Source of the DNA: Yuukianura sp. NJ FZ-2021
Lineage: Eukaryota
Assembly: GCA_046563655.1 (NCBI GenBank)
Contig: CM102290.1
Coordinates: 8,370,001-8,434,000 of the forward strand
Length of the DNA stretch: 64,000 nt
Direction of reading: 5' to 3'
The notes under the pieces are model-generated. The model did no database searches. It saw nothing but the letters and a program-made list of their open reading frames with translations, and was not told the DNA's origin. The first letter of the stretch is position 1. Every line of letters begins with the position of its first letter. Position numbers and translations under genes: made by a program. Positions 1 to 13,224 of the stretch are shown piece after piece.

Positions 1-3000
1 ACCGAGTCCAGCGTCCAGTAAGTCATCGTCGTCTTCGTCCTCGTCATTGGAGAAGAGGGAGTCTGGAAGAAGAGAAGATGACAGAAATCAAGAAAATGGA
101 ACGGAGAGGCGGCTTTATTCAAATTTAATCGGATTTGGACTGTGGAAGTTTGGAGCTGCGGAGGAAGGCTTCAGCGGGATTAGAGTCGTTTGGTGCTTCA
201 GCCGAAGTGAGCCGAGGACTTTGTTGGCTAATCCGCTCTTTTCAAAACAGACGCTGGAACATGTGGACGCTTCGTCTGGACCAAAATCCCTTCCAGCCGA
301 ACAGCAATTCATTTGTCCCTTGCAACAAACTGGGATTGGAAATGGATGTTACGACGACCGAAGTCTCAGGGGAGGTCACATACCCAGGGGAAAACACTCT
401 CAAAAAGTCATTTCATTATGCACGCAAAAGAGAAAAAAATACACAAAGGGTACCGGAGAAAGTGCTGAAATGAGGAAAGTTACCGTAAAGCTCCGAGCTG
501 GTACTATTTGTACCCTATTGTAAAAATTATAAAAATACTGATACCGACGAAAGTGAAAACGTGGCAAGTTGTACCATTACTGTTTCAGAAAATGGATAAA
601 AGTTACTGCAAAACAATTAAAACTTTTAGTGGAAAATTTGAAAGAATCTTTTGGTAAAGAGGATAAAAAAAATCGGGTAAATCTGGATTTTTTAAATTAA
701 TTTTTGTTATATGGGTGAAAGTTTTACACACGGATTCTCATTGTTTTAAAACTATTCTCCGAAGTAGAAACTTTTAAAACAAAAGTTTGCAAATCATTTT
801 TAGTCGAACTTTGGGGTACGTTTTACTACAACAAAGTTTTTTTTGAAAAGTTCAATTTTGAAAACACTTTCGACCAACTTCCAACTTTTTTTTTGTTTGA
901 AGTTTATCTCACACACCACAAACTGCTGAAGTGGCTGTTAACAGTAAAATGCGGGAAGCAATAAGGATTTTAACGTCCTATTCTTAATGAGCCTCTTTTT
1001 CACACGTTTTCACCTCAAGTTTTTAAGTAGTCCAAGTTTAACAAGAAGACATGGCGAGGTTTTTAAGACATTCGAATTTTTCAAATTTGGAAAATTTTGA
1101 AACAAATTTTCAAAAAAAAAAACTAACCTTGTTTGGCTTGGATGTAGTCATCTTTGCAGATGAACTTGGTGTCGTCCAGGACGTAGAGTTCTTCACCCGT
1201 ATCCAGTTGTCTTCGACAAATTGTACAAGTGAAACAGTTGAGGTGAAATACTTTGTTACGGGCCTTCCGTACCATATCATGCGGCGAAATTCCTTGAGCA
1301 CAACCTGCACATTTTGTTCCAAAACGCCTAAAAAACAAAATTTTCATGAAATTTTATATTAGTCAGAAAGTACTACCAAAAAACAGAGCCTACAATGGAA
1401 CAATTTGATGAAAAAATCGAGAGAGAAATTGAGGAACAAGTTTTTGCTTCCCAAACTTTATCTTTGGCTTTCTCCTTTGAAACACTCGATACCACGACAA
1501 GAGTGTTTCAAATTCTTGAAAAATTTGGATTTGAACAATCAAAATTTTAAAACTCCAAAGAGATTCATTTTCCTTCAGTCTTCGGTCTCTCTGTGACTTT
1601 GAACCCAGAAAAGAGATTTAAACTTAAATTGGAAAGTTTTGGACGAAGAAGTTAAGAATTAGTTTGAAGATTTTAATCCTCCAAGATTTTAAATTTTCCC
1701 GCCGCTATAATTCGGTGATTCTTAGGGTTCAGAGTAAGATTGAAACTTAATCCAACTTAGGCTAAGTTAGCCTAACGTAATCCTAACCAACCTAACTTTT
1801 AGTCTAACCTAATCCTAACCAAAAATCTAAGTCTGTGAACCACTTAAACTTGAGTGGTGGCGGGACTTTTGGTTCTTAGGGTGACACCCACTTCCTCTGT
1901 CTGTCACCTCGACACAACCTCTTGGCACGCCCTTTACGCCCTTTCTAAACTACAAACTTTCTTTTTCATAACCTAATCCCCCGTCTTAAAAGTTAACCTA
2001 ACTATAGCCTATCGAACCTAACGCCTAACGCCAATAACAAAGCACATTCAACGAACGGAGAAAGTTTCCTGATATTTCTATTGCGAAACCCGAATTGGTT
2101 TCTGTTTACCAAACGCCAAAAAAAAACTGAAAAACGTATTACATCAAAAGTTTATTCTAGCTCATGTAAGAAATGTATCAAAAAAACTTTCACCCTACCT
2201 TAATGTTAGGTCGACAGCCCTAACTAAATGTACAACAATTCAATTTTTGTCTAGAATGTCGAAATCTGAACCTTAAATGGAGTTGGAATTTTGAAAGTCT
2301 GTCTGAAGTTCTGCATTTTACTACTTCTGTTTGAAATTTCGAAATTTCTTTTCTCAAAGTTCACAATTTCAATGTAAAATTCTGGAAAGTCTGCCCGAAA
2401 TTTTGGATTTGCTTTATCTTCATGGCTCCTGATTCGGAATTGTGCAAGTTATTCATGAAATTCTACAGTTTGCTGTCTGAAATTCTGAAAATCTGTTCTC
2501 AAATTTTGGAACTTCTGTCTGACACTTCTGTCTGAAATTTTGAATTTCCTTTCTCTTATTCCCACATGATTCTGAATTTAGCAACTATTGAATCAAAATT
2601 CTATAATTTTCTCCTTGAAAGTCTGAAAATTCTTTCGGAAATGGTGCTACCGAAGTGGAGCGTAAGAAGAGCAAGTTTTTCCGTGGAAAACATAGGCTTC
2701 AGGTTGTTAACGTAGTGTAGTGTTAGTGAAGGAAGCCAATTTGTCAAGAGCTGAAGATGAAGTCACGTTCTTGATGGGAAGGATGGAATCCGGTGTTGAA
2801 ATTATAGGCTTCTGGTCAAGAGGTTCCCATCCAAAGTTAGGCCTCTCCTGCCCACCACCAGGAATTACACCCGACTAATTACACAACACAACCACCAATT
2901 TCAAATAACCGCCCATTTCAACAATTAACTTAATCCAACAGTAATCACGACCAGAGAGGGTAGTTACTCCCACCAAAACACTCCAAGGGAACCCATTCAT

Positions 3001-5399
3001 CTCGAGGGTCAAGGGTCACGACTTCAATTCCTCCACCTCGCTTGTCATCCTCAACATACTCCAAATCTTACGTATTTTGAGTCCAAGCCAAACCTAAAAT
3101 CCTCCAAAGTGGTCCAAAGTGACCAAAAACCGCAAAACTAATCTAACTCAAATTACACTTTTTGGTAAAAACGAAAAAAGAGAAGTTTTAGTACTATACT
3201 TTTTGTATGAAAAAAAAAAGAAAAAACAGGAAAAAAGTTACTCGAATTACGCTTTTATAAAAATTATGTCTACGTGTTTTTTTTTTTTGGGGTTGAAGTA
3301 AGGCCTTAGTTGAGCTCTGCAACCTTCAATTTAATTCCAAAATTACACGGCTGGTTGACTAAATTTTTTTTTATAGTAAATATCAATTTTCCAAAAAAGA
3401 AAAAAAGTAATTTCCAAAGAAGACCTCAACGGAAATGAAGTTCAGACTTTTTAGTATAATTATAAAACGGTATACGGTTACGTAGAATGTCATTAAAATC
3501 GGGTACCACAATTTCTCGAGCAAAAATATCTCCGAATGTATCTCAAAAAATATCTTTTCAAAATGTATCTCGAGTTCCCTAAGTTCGGTTAGATTAGTTT
3601 TAACTATGCTTAAAGTATCGCTTTTAAGTTAGTAAAATAGATTTATTTGAAAGGAATGTCGTAGGAATGTCGAAGTACTAATGCAAAATAGATAAGAATT
3701 TGATCTCTTTTTGGTGAAAGAACGCCAAAAGTGGATGGAATGATTTTTGAGGTGGGAATTTTAAAGTTGAGAATGACGCTTGTTTCTAGGAAAAGCTAAA
3801 CTGGACGTATTTTGGAAATCCGCGTGTTTTTTGAATCAACTTGAAGTGAGCACTGGTGAAGAAACGTGATGGCACTTATTATGTAGTACTGTGGAAGTTA
3901 AGTGTGCACTTGGGGCTCTTCTACTCCTCAGTTTAAGTGGTGTTAAGTATCTAATGACTAATTAAGCGATGCGTAAGCTTACGTTACAAATTTTCTATTG
4001 ACGAACTAACTAGGTTAGGCATGCTGACAAAAGTAGAGCAATTGAGATATGATGAATTTCTCTGTCACTAATGTTTAAATTTTTCATAAACAAACCAACT
4101 ACATCATTTAAAAAATGGAGAAGCCGGGTTAAAAAAAAGATTCGTTATTTTAGACAAGATCATTTGAAAAGATGTTACAAATTTCGGGAGTTACATTTCG
4201 ATTTCATGTTCCAGGCGGGACTTACATGATTTTAGGCGTGTAAACGCTCTAAAAAAGACCAAAGTAGCGGTAATGGAATGTTGTAAAACATTAATTAGTT
4301 TTACTGAACAATAGTAAAAAAAAAATTGAAAAGTTGTTGTTTCTTTTTGTTGAAATTTTTAATGAGTATTGCTGCACGCATGTTACTTGGAATGTACGCG
4401 GTACATAATGTACCGTACCATTGGAATTTCTGGACAACTGTAACTCGGGACCTTCAACTTTTGCCTACTTTTACAACCCAACAATTAACTTAAAAAAAGT
4501 CCAAGATTCGATCAACATTCAACAGTGGTGGTTGTGAGGGTAGGTGCATTGTATGTCCAGTTAGTGAGGTAATTGATGATGATAATCATAATTAGGTAAT
4601 TGAGACAAAAACATTAAGTTCTGGAATGGATGAGTTACAAACTTTTTACTGCCAGACACTAACTACCCTTATCTTTTCTAACAGATTCCATATGCACTCG
4701 TCTTCTCAAGGTAAAACAGTCATCACTCCATCAATCGTTGGGCCCTTGGACCTGGAGTTAACTGGAACATGAATGGACCTTGGACATGTCAAGAAAAGTG
4801 ACAGCAGATAGGTGACACACATGAACTAGTACCAGCCAACCAACGGGATAAGATCACGATAGTCTTGGACAGAGCTAGAGATAATATCCAGATCACAAAC
4901 AACTCGTCCAGAAGAACCAATACATCAGGTAAACAGATGACCTTACTGCTTTCTACGTTCTATAATATCAATATCAACTTGAGTCCATGTCACACGACCA
5001 GTAATCAATAGAAATGTCCTTCATCAACTAGATTCAACTCATCAAGTTTAACGTGGAAAAAGATGAGGTTGCACCTTACAAGGTTCCTTCCATGGTCATC
5101 ATATGTCATGTCATGTACAGAAAGTAATCAACTATTCAAGAATTGTTACAGTGTTAAGGTATGTGATTCAAGTGAACAAAAGATTAACCCGTTTTTTAGA
5201 ACAAAGGAATATGATTTATGACTTACCTAAAGAAATCGTTTTTACAGAACAGTTTATTTTCCCTAGTGAAGCACTTGTCTGTGAGGATCGTTCTGCAGTC
5301 AAAACATCGGACACAACCCGAATGCCAACATCTATCCAAAACTTTCACGAGAAACCGGTCCAGAATGGCCTTCTCACAAGCCGCGCACGTTATGATCAT
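1..5399 (-). CDS. Lim1: LIM-homeobox protein Lim1/Lhx1-5, 5' part (continues beyond window start)
   Basis: Exon 5399-5227 encodes [35 protein letters not shown]...KNDFF (LIM1). Exon 1327-1128 encodes [34 protein letters not shown]...CKDDY (LIM2). Exon starting at 62 encodes the acidic linker [18 protein letters not shown] junctions are in frame and the sequence closely matches Lhx1/5 LIM domains; the homeodomain lies outside the window. Confidence 0.93.
1755..2030. repeat. Degenerate (CCTAA/AACCT)n telomere-like low-complexity tract in Lim1 intron
   Basis: Clusters such as cctaacgtaatcctaaccaacctaac, ctaacctaatcctaacc and cctaacgcctaacg. Confidence 0.45.
2260..2640. repeat. Degenerate minisatellite (TCTGAAATT / TCTGTCTGAAA units)
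   Basis: Repeated tctgtctgaaatt(c/t)tg-like words through the region. Confidence 0.5.
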
Positions 5400-6426
5400 T
5401 GTCTTGTCCTGTCAGTCTTCCAGAAGAGATCCAACGTACTGCGAATACGATCACGAACGGGTATCAACTAAGATGCAGTAAGGCCCTTACTGGAAGGGGT
5501 CACGTCACTTGTCACTTCCTTTGTCACCTTTGATGATTGTAACCCTCCATTTCCGAGGACTAAAAGACTTTATCTTCTGAATTCACAGGTCAAGCAGTAC
5601 GAAGTAACTGTTCAAGATGCACCGAACTTCCTAAAACGCTCACCACACCGAGATCACCCAACAATCGGTCGTCACCTCCGTCCACTTCAACTCGTAAACT
5701 CAAACTGACTAAGCAACGGAGAGGTATCAACAAATTTTTGGCCAAAGACAAGCCAACGGAAAGGAAACTCCTTCAGCTCTCTAGTTGGCCGCATGCGTTG
5801 GCTCCGCCTGATTCTTCTTGGAAGGGGGCGATCCGAATGGTGGACTAAGGCTCCACCCATACCCAGACGAGAGTCACGACACGAACATAACCATGTCCAT
5901 CCTCAACATGCTCACTGCCTGTCACAACTCTTGACCTCAGACCCACTTTTGACACTTGCCTAATCAGGGCAAGTGTACCTTATCCGTTATTCATCATCTT
6001 CACCACCACAACCAGATTTGTCCTGGACGAGGAATAACGGAAACCAGCGTACAGGTCTGGAGACGATGACATTAAGGTGTACGTCTCCATCAAGTGACGC
6101 TTCCTACCTAGTGAAAGTTCCAGATACTTGGAACTGCCAGAACTTATTTCTTAATGGTTATGAGTAACAACGATGGAGAAAGTAACAAAAGCTTTCTCGA
6201 AACTGAAATGTCGAAACCAAACACTTTTGGGGCATCGTCATTCTTACCTGATTATCAATTACAATTTCTAATTACTAACACTTAATTACTGGACAACGCA
6301 ATTCACCTCGTCATGGAACTGTTTGAAGACCTTGGCTGTTTCCATTGCTTTGAACCACGAGAAAGAATTGCATTCATGGAAAGCAAATTCAAATTCTGAA
6401 AAGTTTTTCACAATATCTTTTCTAGC

Positions 6427-6545
6427 ATTTCCAAGATTCGAGAATTTCCAAGATTCAAGAATTTCCAAAATTCATGATACAAGAGTTTGTAAAAGGTTCA
6501 AGAATTTCCAGATTCAAGATTCGACAATTTCCAAAACTCAAAATT
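6427..6545. repeat. ~17-bp tandem minisatellite AATTTCCAAGATTCAAG
   Basis: atttccaagattcgag aatttccaagattcaag aatttccaaaattcatg ... aatttccagattcaag. Confidence 0.7.
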
Positions 6546-7414
6546 TTTGGAAAATACTGTAGAATCTCCCCAATATTGTAAAGTTTTGGAATTGAATTCT
6601 GGGTGAAGACGGTTGAAATTAGTAAAAGCAACCCCAAAAACAAGTTTTTCCCTGCGTAGTGGAAATTGGTTTCCTTTGAGGGTTGTTAACAAAAGTGACT
6701 TTAGCCTTTGACTTGGACGACCTTTGACCTTTGACCGGGAGTTTGAAAATGAAGTTATACTTTTGTAAATGTTGGGTTCAATCTCACTTTAAGAATCTAA
6801 ATAATGTTTTCCGTTAATTAATTTCTTTGTCTACTCTCTCTAGTTCTGTGTACTTGTTCGGAAGTGGATTGTTGTAGGGTTTCATGAAAGGTAGAAATTA
6901 AATGGGCGTTTCGTTCTTCCTCTTCGTTTCTATTTCCCAGGTTCCATTATCACAGCGGGCGGGAGGGAACTTTTGAAATGTTCAAAATCCTTTGGAACGC
7001 ATCCAGCAGCACAAACTTACGAGAAGATCGAGACTCGAAGGAAAAAAAAAGTTTCAAAGAAGTGGAATGACAGGGATCCAGCAGAAGGAGATCAGAATCC
7101 AATTAGCTCCAAAGTTTCACATACCTTCGCATCCCAGGTGAGTCTTAAATGCATGACTCATGACTCTTTAACTCATGACTCAAGATTCAAAAAAGTTTCG
7201 ACTTAAACAAAGCTTGTGTTACTAAGTATTTATTTTTGATAATATTTGAGCAGTATATATATTTCTTGTAAATTAGAGCAAAATTTTTGTATTCCTGGCA
7301 AACTTCTTTTTTTCAAATAATTTTTCTGTTTTGCCCTGTTTTCAGTGTGACATGAAGAAATTGAGGTTGATTGTTGATTTGGTTTGTTTGATTGTTGATT
7401 CTTGTGTTGCTGTT

Positions 7415-8145
7415 TCAGTATGTCATCTCGAGGATACGACGTGGCTGGATCATGGGGAAGCTCTGCGACAACGGAATGCGAATGTGACGCGGTGGGGCAT
7501 CTCCGGCCGGTCCAACTTCTGGTGTAGTCAAAGAGATGCTGATGTCTGCCAAGTCACTCTGAGCATTCTCCACCAAGTCGTTACAGAGAAGAGCAAATTG
7601 GCAGCAGGAGCGCATGACCAGAACAATGACGGAGAAGATGGTGCTCAGAAACGTTTGTTCAAACAGGAAGTGTCCATAGTCGAAGGCGGTGGAGAGTTTC
7701 TTGGGAGCAGAGTATTGGCGATCAGCATAGTGATATGCCAAGAGGACAGTGTTTGCCATGAGGAACGCCAGGACCAGAGTGATGCGACTCTACAAAAACA
7801 GAAAAGAAAAATCATGACCTTTGACCTTGAAGAACTCATATACTTTGGTTACCAAGTGCATGCTCAACGGAAACGGATCGTCAAAGACGTTGTCATCGTA
7901 ACGTTTCGTACGCAGGAGCAGAACTGCCATAATCGGAATGAGATATTCATGCGGGATACCCATGAAGTGGCACATCAGAGAGACAATGAAGTTGATGAGG
8001 CCGATTTCCAGAACGATACGACATTCGTGAGTCTACAATAGAAAAATTCAGTTTATTTTTGAAAATTTTGAAAAAAATTGGTATTTTTCTGGCATGGAAT
8101 GTTTACACAGATTCGCCAGAAGGTGGGTTGATCAAATTCGTCCAT
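7415..8145 (-). CDS. Uncharacterised multi-pass membrane protein (~197 aa, 3 exons)
   Basis: Exons 8145-8107 (MDEFDQPTFWRIC), 8032-7853 (THECRIVLEIGLINFIVSLMCHFMG...SMHL) and 7789-7415 (SRITLVLAFLMANTVLLAY...LEMTY*). All junctions are phase-0 GT-AG. Several hydrophobic segments; no family recognised. Confidence 0.75.
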
Positions 8146-8920
8146 TTTCTCAAAAGGATTTGAAAAAGTCAATGAAGAGACTGAATGACAATCGGAGTCG
8201 ATCGGAAGTCTTCGGAAGGAGAGAAGTGAGTGAACGGAGCGACTGAAAGTACGACCGACCGCGACGGAGTTCAAAATTGAAATGGCGTTCAAAATTGAAA
8301 ATGAAGCGCGAAAAAAAAATCTGGGTTTCGTAATTTGTTTACTAGAACAAAACTTCTTACCTAAGGAGCAAACGCCATGGCAACGCTATTTGTGGGATTC
8401 AACTTCCAATTTTGCAACTTTTTATTTCCTCAATTTTTTTTAAAGTTTCGTTTTTTAGCATGTTTTAACCTTCTTATAACAAAGATGCAAATCTTTCTTC
8501 CAGCAAAGTTTAGCTTTACAAGAAAGCAAAACGTGAGTCGCTAAATGCTTATGGAAATGTCGAAATACATATTAGTAGCTGATTTGCAATTTTTTTTGCA
8601 TACTTTGTCCGTTGACTTTTCAGGAAACTCGAGGAGATTGTTCCAAGTTTTTTCAAGTGCAAGAATCTTTGACTGCACAGTGCGTGTGAAGGCCTACAGA
8701 GATCTAGACTTCAGCAGAAGTGAATCTCGCAGTTTAAAATTTCGATGTCACTGGAAAACCGGAAAGTTCAAACGTTTCCGCTATTCAAACAACACACTTT
8801 TGGATACTGTGCAACTGGTAATCTTTCTTTCATCAAACAATCTAAAATATTGCACATAATCATAGAAGAATGTTCAACGTAAGCCTAGTTTACTGAACGA
8901 TTTGCAGGGCACCAAGAGTA

Positions 8921-9778
8921 ATGGCCGGTCCAAGGTCAAAAGATGAGCAAAACAAGAAGATTGCTGAATGTTTCAAAAAGTTTAGAGCCAAACGGAGACG
9001 ACTTTTCGAGGAACGCAGGCCGTTTGCGTGTGCAAAATGCTCCAAAACGTTCAGATTCGCACAACATCTGAAATCACATGTCGGGACACATGCCTCCTTC
9101 AAGTGCAATGTATGTCCAGAAGAATTTAGCAAAACGTTGGACCTGACAATTCACAAGCGAAGTCACTCCGAGCGGGCATGTGACACCATGTCAGACCAGC
9201 ATCTCAGTACACCCACGCAAATATCGGTCAGTAAGTTCATATGCACGGTGTGTAAATACACTGCAAGGTCTCCATCACGTCTGGATGATCATCTCCTGAA
9301 ACACAAGAAGGAAAAACGTTTTGAATGTGACGACTGCTCCAAGCGATTTACAAGGAAGTACGACCTCAACAAACATGTCAAAATCCACCAACCTGAGAGT
9401 CGATTCCAATGTACTTTGTGCGACTTTGTATCACACAGAATGGAACATCTTGAGCGTCATAGGAGAATCTTGCATAGTAAGGAGCAAGGCGAATGTGACA
9501 TGGAGATAGAACAGGACGAAGTGTTGTGTGAACACTGCGGCGAGACATTCAACCAATCCGAATTGCTGGCCAGTCACGTGGAGAAGCAACACAACAAACA
9601 AATTGATAGATTCAGTTGCCGCGACTGTCCAAAATTGTTCAAGCGCATGACAAACACCGTTAAAAACCATCAGCGTTTTCATCTTATGCAGATTTTATGT
9701 GAATTTTGTGGTAAAGCATTTCGAGACACTTATCACTTGAAGCGCCATGCCATCGTTCACGTCGCTGCGGAAATTTAG
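8921..9778 (+). CDS. C2H2 zinc-finger protein, 8 fingers, intronless CDS
   Basis: 285-aa ORF with eight CxxC...HxxxH(H) units (e.g. FECDDCSKRFTRKYDLNKHVKIH) and a basic N-terminal KKFRAKRRR stretch. Confidence 0.88.
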   Translation: MAGPRSKDEQNKKIAECFKKFRAKRRRLFEERRPFACAKCSKTFRFAQHLKSHVGTHASFKCNVCPEEFSKTLDLTIHKRSHSERACDTMSDQHLSTPTQISVSKFICTVCKYTARSPSRLDDHLLKHKKEKRFECDDCSKRFTRKYDLNKHVKIHQPESRFQCTLCDFVSHRMEHLERHRRILHSKEQGECDMEIEQDEVLCEHCGETFNQSELLASHVEKQHNKQIDRFSCRDCPKLFKRMTNTVKNHQRFHLMQILCEFCGKAFRDTYHLKRHAIVHVAAEI

Positions 9779-10431
9779 ATCTTGTGGGTGAGAATTTTTC
9801 GTAATTAATTAAGATGCTAATTAATAATTTTGCTTTAGATTTTTAGAACCCGGGTAGGTTCCAGGAATTCTAAGCTCTAAAAAGTTCTAGTTTTAATAAC
9901 CTTCGGTTTAAAAACAACTCGACTATTTGTTTTTTTTAGTTTATTACTGTTTCGATTAGAAATTTTTTAGAACTAATTTTTTAGAATTAAGTTGGATTAA
10001 TTAGGTATCTGTTTCTAGTTGTTGCAATTTAGTTCGTTTTCTAAACAATTTTTTGGGACATTTTGAAACAATGAAGATACTGTTGATACTTTTGGTTTTT
10101 GAGAGTTAATTTTTTTTTAAACAACAGCGAACGACTTTTGTATCGAATTCAATAAATTTGTAAAAGCTGTTTGACTAAAAGGTCTTCCGCGAGTTCTGTT
10201 GTTCCGTCAGAAGGGTTTCATTACATAAGATATGGATTTCCAAAGTTTTTTTTTTCGGCTTTAAGAGAGAAAGAAAATTAAACCTTAACGTTTTCGTGGA
10301 TTTCGGTGACTATTAGATTCTTGATGCACGACATCATTTCGCACAATTTGGTGCAAAAATATTTCCTTTGAAATTTTGGTAAAATGTGAAAAATGGGAAT
10401 TTGAAGACGTGATGATCGATTTTGTGCTTTT

Positions 10432-11040
10432 CAAAACTTTGAAAATTCCTATCTCGGGAACGAAAGGCGATACACAGGTAAACTTTTCGCTCCTGAATTC
10501 ATAGAAATATGTAGTATTTTTAAAAATTTTAAAAAGGTACCCTCAGATTTTGACCAAATTTCACAAAAAACCATGGACTATAGTCCATGGTTTTTTTCAA
10601 AATTTCACGAAAAACTTGATGTTCCAGTTTGGAGTTTTCAATATTACTAAAAATTCTTCATATTTTTTGAAAGTTTTTCGTGAAGAGATTAGATCTCTAT
10701 CGCTTTCCGTTCACGAGATATAAAATTTTAAAATTTCATTTTAATTTTCAAAAACTTGGAAAATTCATATCTCGGGAACGGAAGGTGATTGAGAGGTAAA
10801 CTCTTCGCCGCTGAATTCACAAAAATATATAGTATTTTTAAAAATTTTAAAAAGGTACCCTCAGATTTTGACCAAATTTCACAAAAAACCATGGACTATA
10901 GTCCATGGTTTTTTTTCAAAATTTCACGAAAAACTTGATGTTCGATTTTGGAGTTTTCAAAATTTCTAAAAATTCTTCATATGTTTTGAAAGTTTTTCGC
11001 GAGAGATTAAGTCTCTATCGCCTTTCTTTCCCGAGATACC
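10432..11040. repeat. Two tandem ~318-bp units, each internally inverted with a central 32-bp perfect palindrome
   Basis: AAAAAACCATGGACTATAGTCCATGGTTTTTT at 10565-10596 and 10883-10914. Unit ends TATCTCGGGAACGAAAGGCGATA and TATCGCTTTCCGTTCACGAGATA are imperfect inverted repeats. Confidence 0.9.
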
Positions 11041-11896
11041 TTCAGATGTTGAGAAAATTCAGACAGAGACAGAGACCAAATTTCGAAAATTATGAAAAAT
11101 TTGCTAAACTTATAAAAAGTGCAAAATCAAACACCAAGTCTGTCTCAAATTCTGAAAATGTGAGAACATTACCATTTCTTCAAGAATCAGTCGAAATATT
11201 GGTGTTGGAGTTTGGACTTTTTTACATCTGAGGTTTTTTTTTCTAAAATTTGTCTCGAAAAGATTGCCTCCTACAGCATTCCATTCCAGAAGAACGCAGT
11301 TTTTAAAAATTGGATGAAAAAAGTTTGAATGGTCGAAAAAGTTGAGGGATTAGTCTATTCAAAAGTTCTCGCTTTTCAAGTTTTCAATTCCGTGCAAACA
11401 AACGCATCCAGGTTAGGTTAGGAATTTTTTCAAAATTTTGGCAAACTTTGAAAAAAAAAGCAAAAGTACTGTCAGGCTCCATGCTCCTCGCGTTTCTTAT
11501 GAAAAATGTTTCAAAGCTTTGAAAAACTTGAGAGATAAAATCTGTTCAATTAGTCGTGTTTCAGGATGTCAAATTTTGAAATTTGAAGCAAAGGGGGCCC
11601 TTTGGTAACCTGAGAAAGCGAAAGGAGCCCTTGAAGGGCCCGTCCTTTCTCCGCCTCCTCAAAAGGTGATAAACACCAAAGTGACAAACGAGGACAATAT
11701 TTTAAAATTTTGAAAATGTTCAAACAAGAGCATCTCATCTTCAAACTACTCAATTCACCAAAGGAAAAAGGACTCGGGCGGAACCCCGCGGAATTTTAAA
11801 CTCCCTCGTCGTTTCCCTTTAATGAGGCGAGAATTTTTAAGGAAAAGTGCTGATTTCCAATTAGTCTTTTCATGAATCTTTTCCAGCCTCTCCATA

Positions 11897-12245
11897 CACT
11901 CATCTTCGAGTTCCGGAACTGAATGGACGGAAATCTATGGACAGGTATGCTGATGGACGGCAATAGACGAACCCTAGTAGGCGGTAAAGGACGAAAACAA
12001 TGGACGGAAGTGGGCGAAATCTAGTGAGCTGAACTGCACGAAATTTACTAGACGGAAATGGACGAAAGCTAGTGGATAAAAATGGACGGAAGAGTAGTGG
12101 ACGGAAATAGGCAAAAAAAAGTAGTGGACGAGGAGCTAAAGTTGATGGAAACTTAAGCCCGACCAAACCTTTAGTAGTTGGAGTTTTTCCGTCTACGAAC
12201 GAAAATCCGTCCTCTATTTTCCGTCCATGACCTTCCAGACCAGTG
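11897..12245. mobile_element. Putative non-autonomous DNA element with CACT...AGTG ends and subterminal GGACGGAA repeats
   Basis: About 8 direct (T)GGACG(G/A)A copies on the left, inverted TTCCGTC(C) copies near the right end, and weakly complementary termini; no TSD confirmed. Confidence 0.5.
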
Positions 12246-13224
12246 TCTAGTCATAGAGAATTAGGTAGCGATGCGCTTCATTTGCCGCTTGACTCCTGTT
12301 TCAAATGTTACCAAATTCGTGTCATACCACATGGGATCTACAGATCGTCTTCTCGTCTGCTAGTGCTAATTGGTCTTTTACCACCAAATACTAACCTCAA
12401 GTACAAACGTTCAAACTATAAATAGAATTTCAAACATTCCTCCCGCGCCTCAAAACTTAATTTAAAACAGCATTTGTTCAAACAAAACTTTTTTTTTTGA
12501 AAATACGTTTTTCTTAATTAGAAAAGTTCCACATCCGCTTTTCAAAAATTCCTTTTTTATTTCCGTTTTACCCTGACTGCAATACCGCGCACACGTTATG
12601 GCAATTTTTAACAACTTTCTCTCTGTAACTCTCAGTAAGTAGACAACCTCACAAGTTCTTTCTTTGATCAACACACCCTTAGGTCAACATTGAGTGCTGA
12701 CCTAGTTGGTTGATGATCAAACGTTTGCTTATCTAATTATCTTATGTTACCACTTAAAATAAGTTTCGGTTCCTTGTGAACCTTTGACTCAAAGATTTGT
12801 AACAGAAAAAGTACAAAATGGGAATTTGACCTTGACCTTTTAGCTCTAACAATAAATTTGTTATAAATTACTGGTAATTTTAGCTGACTTCAAAAACTAG
12901 AGTTATTAGACACTTTGTGTTTTTCAAAATCTTGATTCAAGACTTTGTATTTGAAAATGATGCATCCTAGACGAATTTTTTCAGACTAATAACTCTGTTC
13001 TCTATGGTTGTTTTTTAAACAACTTTTTGAACAAGAAAAAGGCTCCAGGAGGCACATTGGAGGTGTAATGGTGGGTGACACAAGTTTCTAAAATGCTCAA
13101 CTCACTCTATGACTCTGGGCTTGAAACTTGTATAACTCTTGATTCTTCAAAAACTGAATTAATTAAATATTTCTTAGAAAAATATAAAAACAAAAACAAA
13201 AACTGAATCCAGGAAGACTAACTC

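Noticed and set aside
47..523. Plus-strand ORFs of 158 and 112 aa
   Set aside because: Antisense to the Lim1 intron/exon, no motifs, no supporting gene structure.
1755..2030. True or interstitial telomere
   Set aside because: TTAGG-like words are scattered and degenerate, not a tandem array.
10432..12245. CRISPR-like repeat arrays
   Set aside because: No constant repeat with unique equal-length spacers and no cas genes; eukaryotic satellite/MITE structure.
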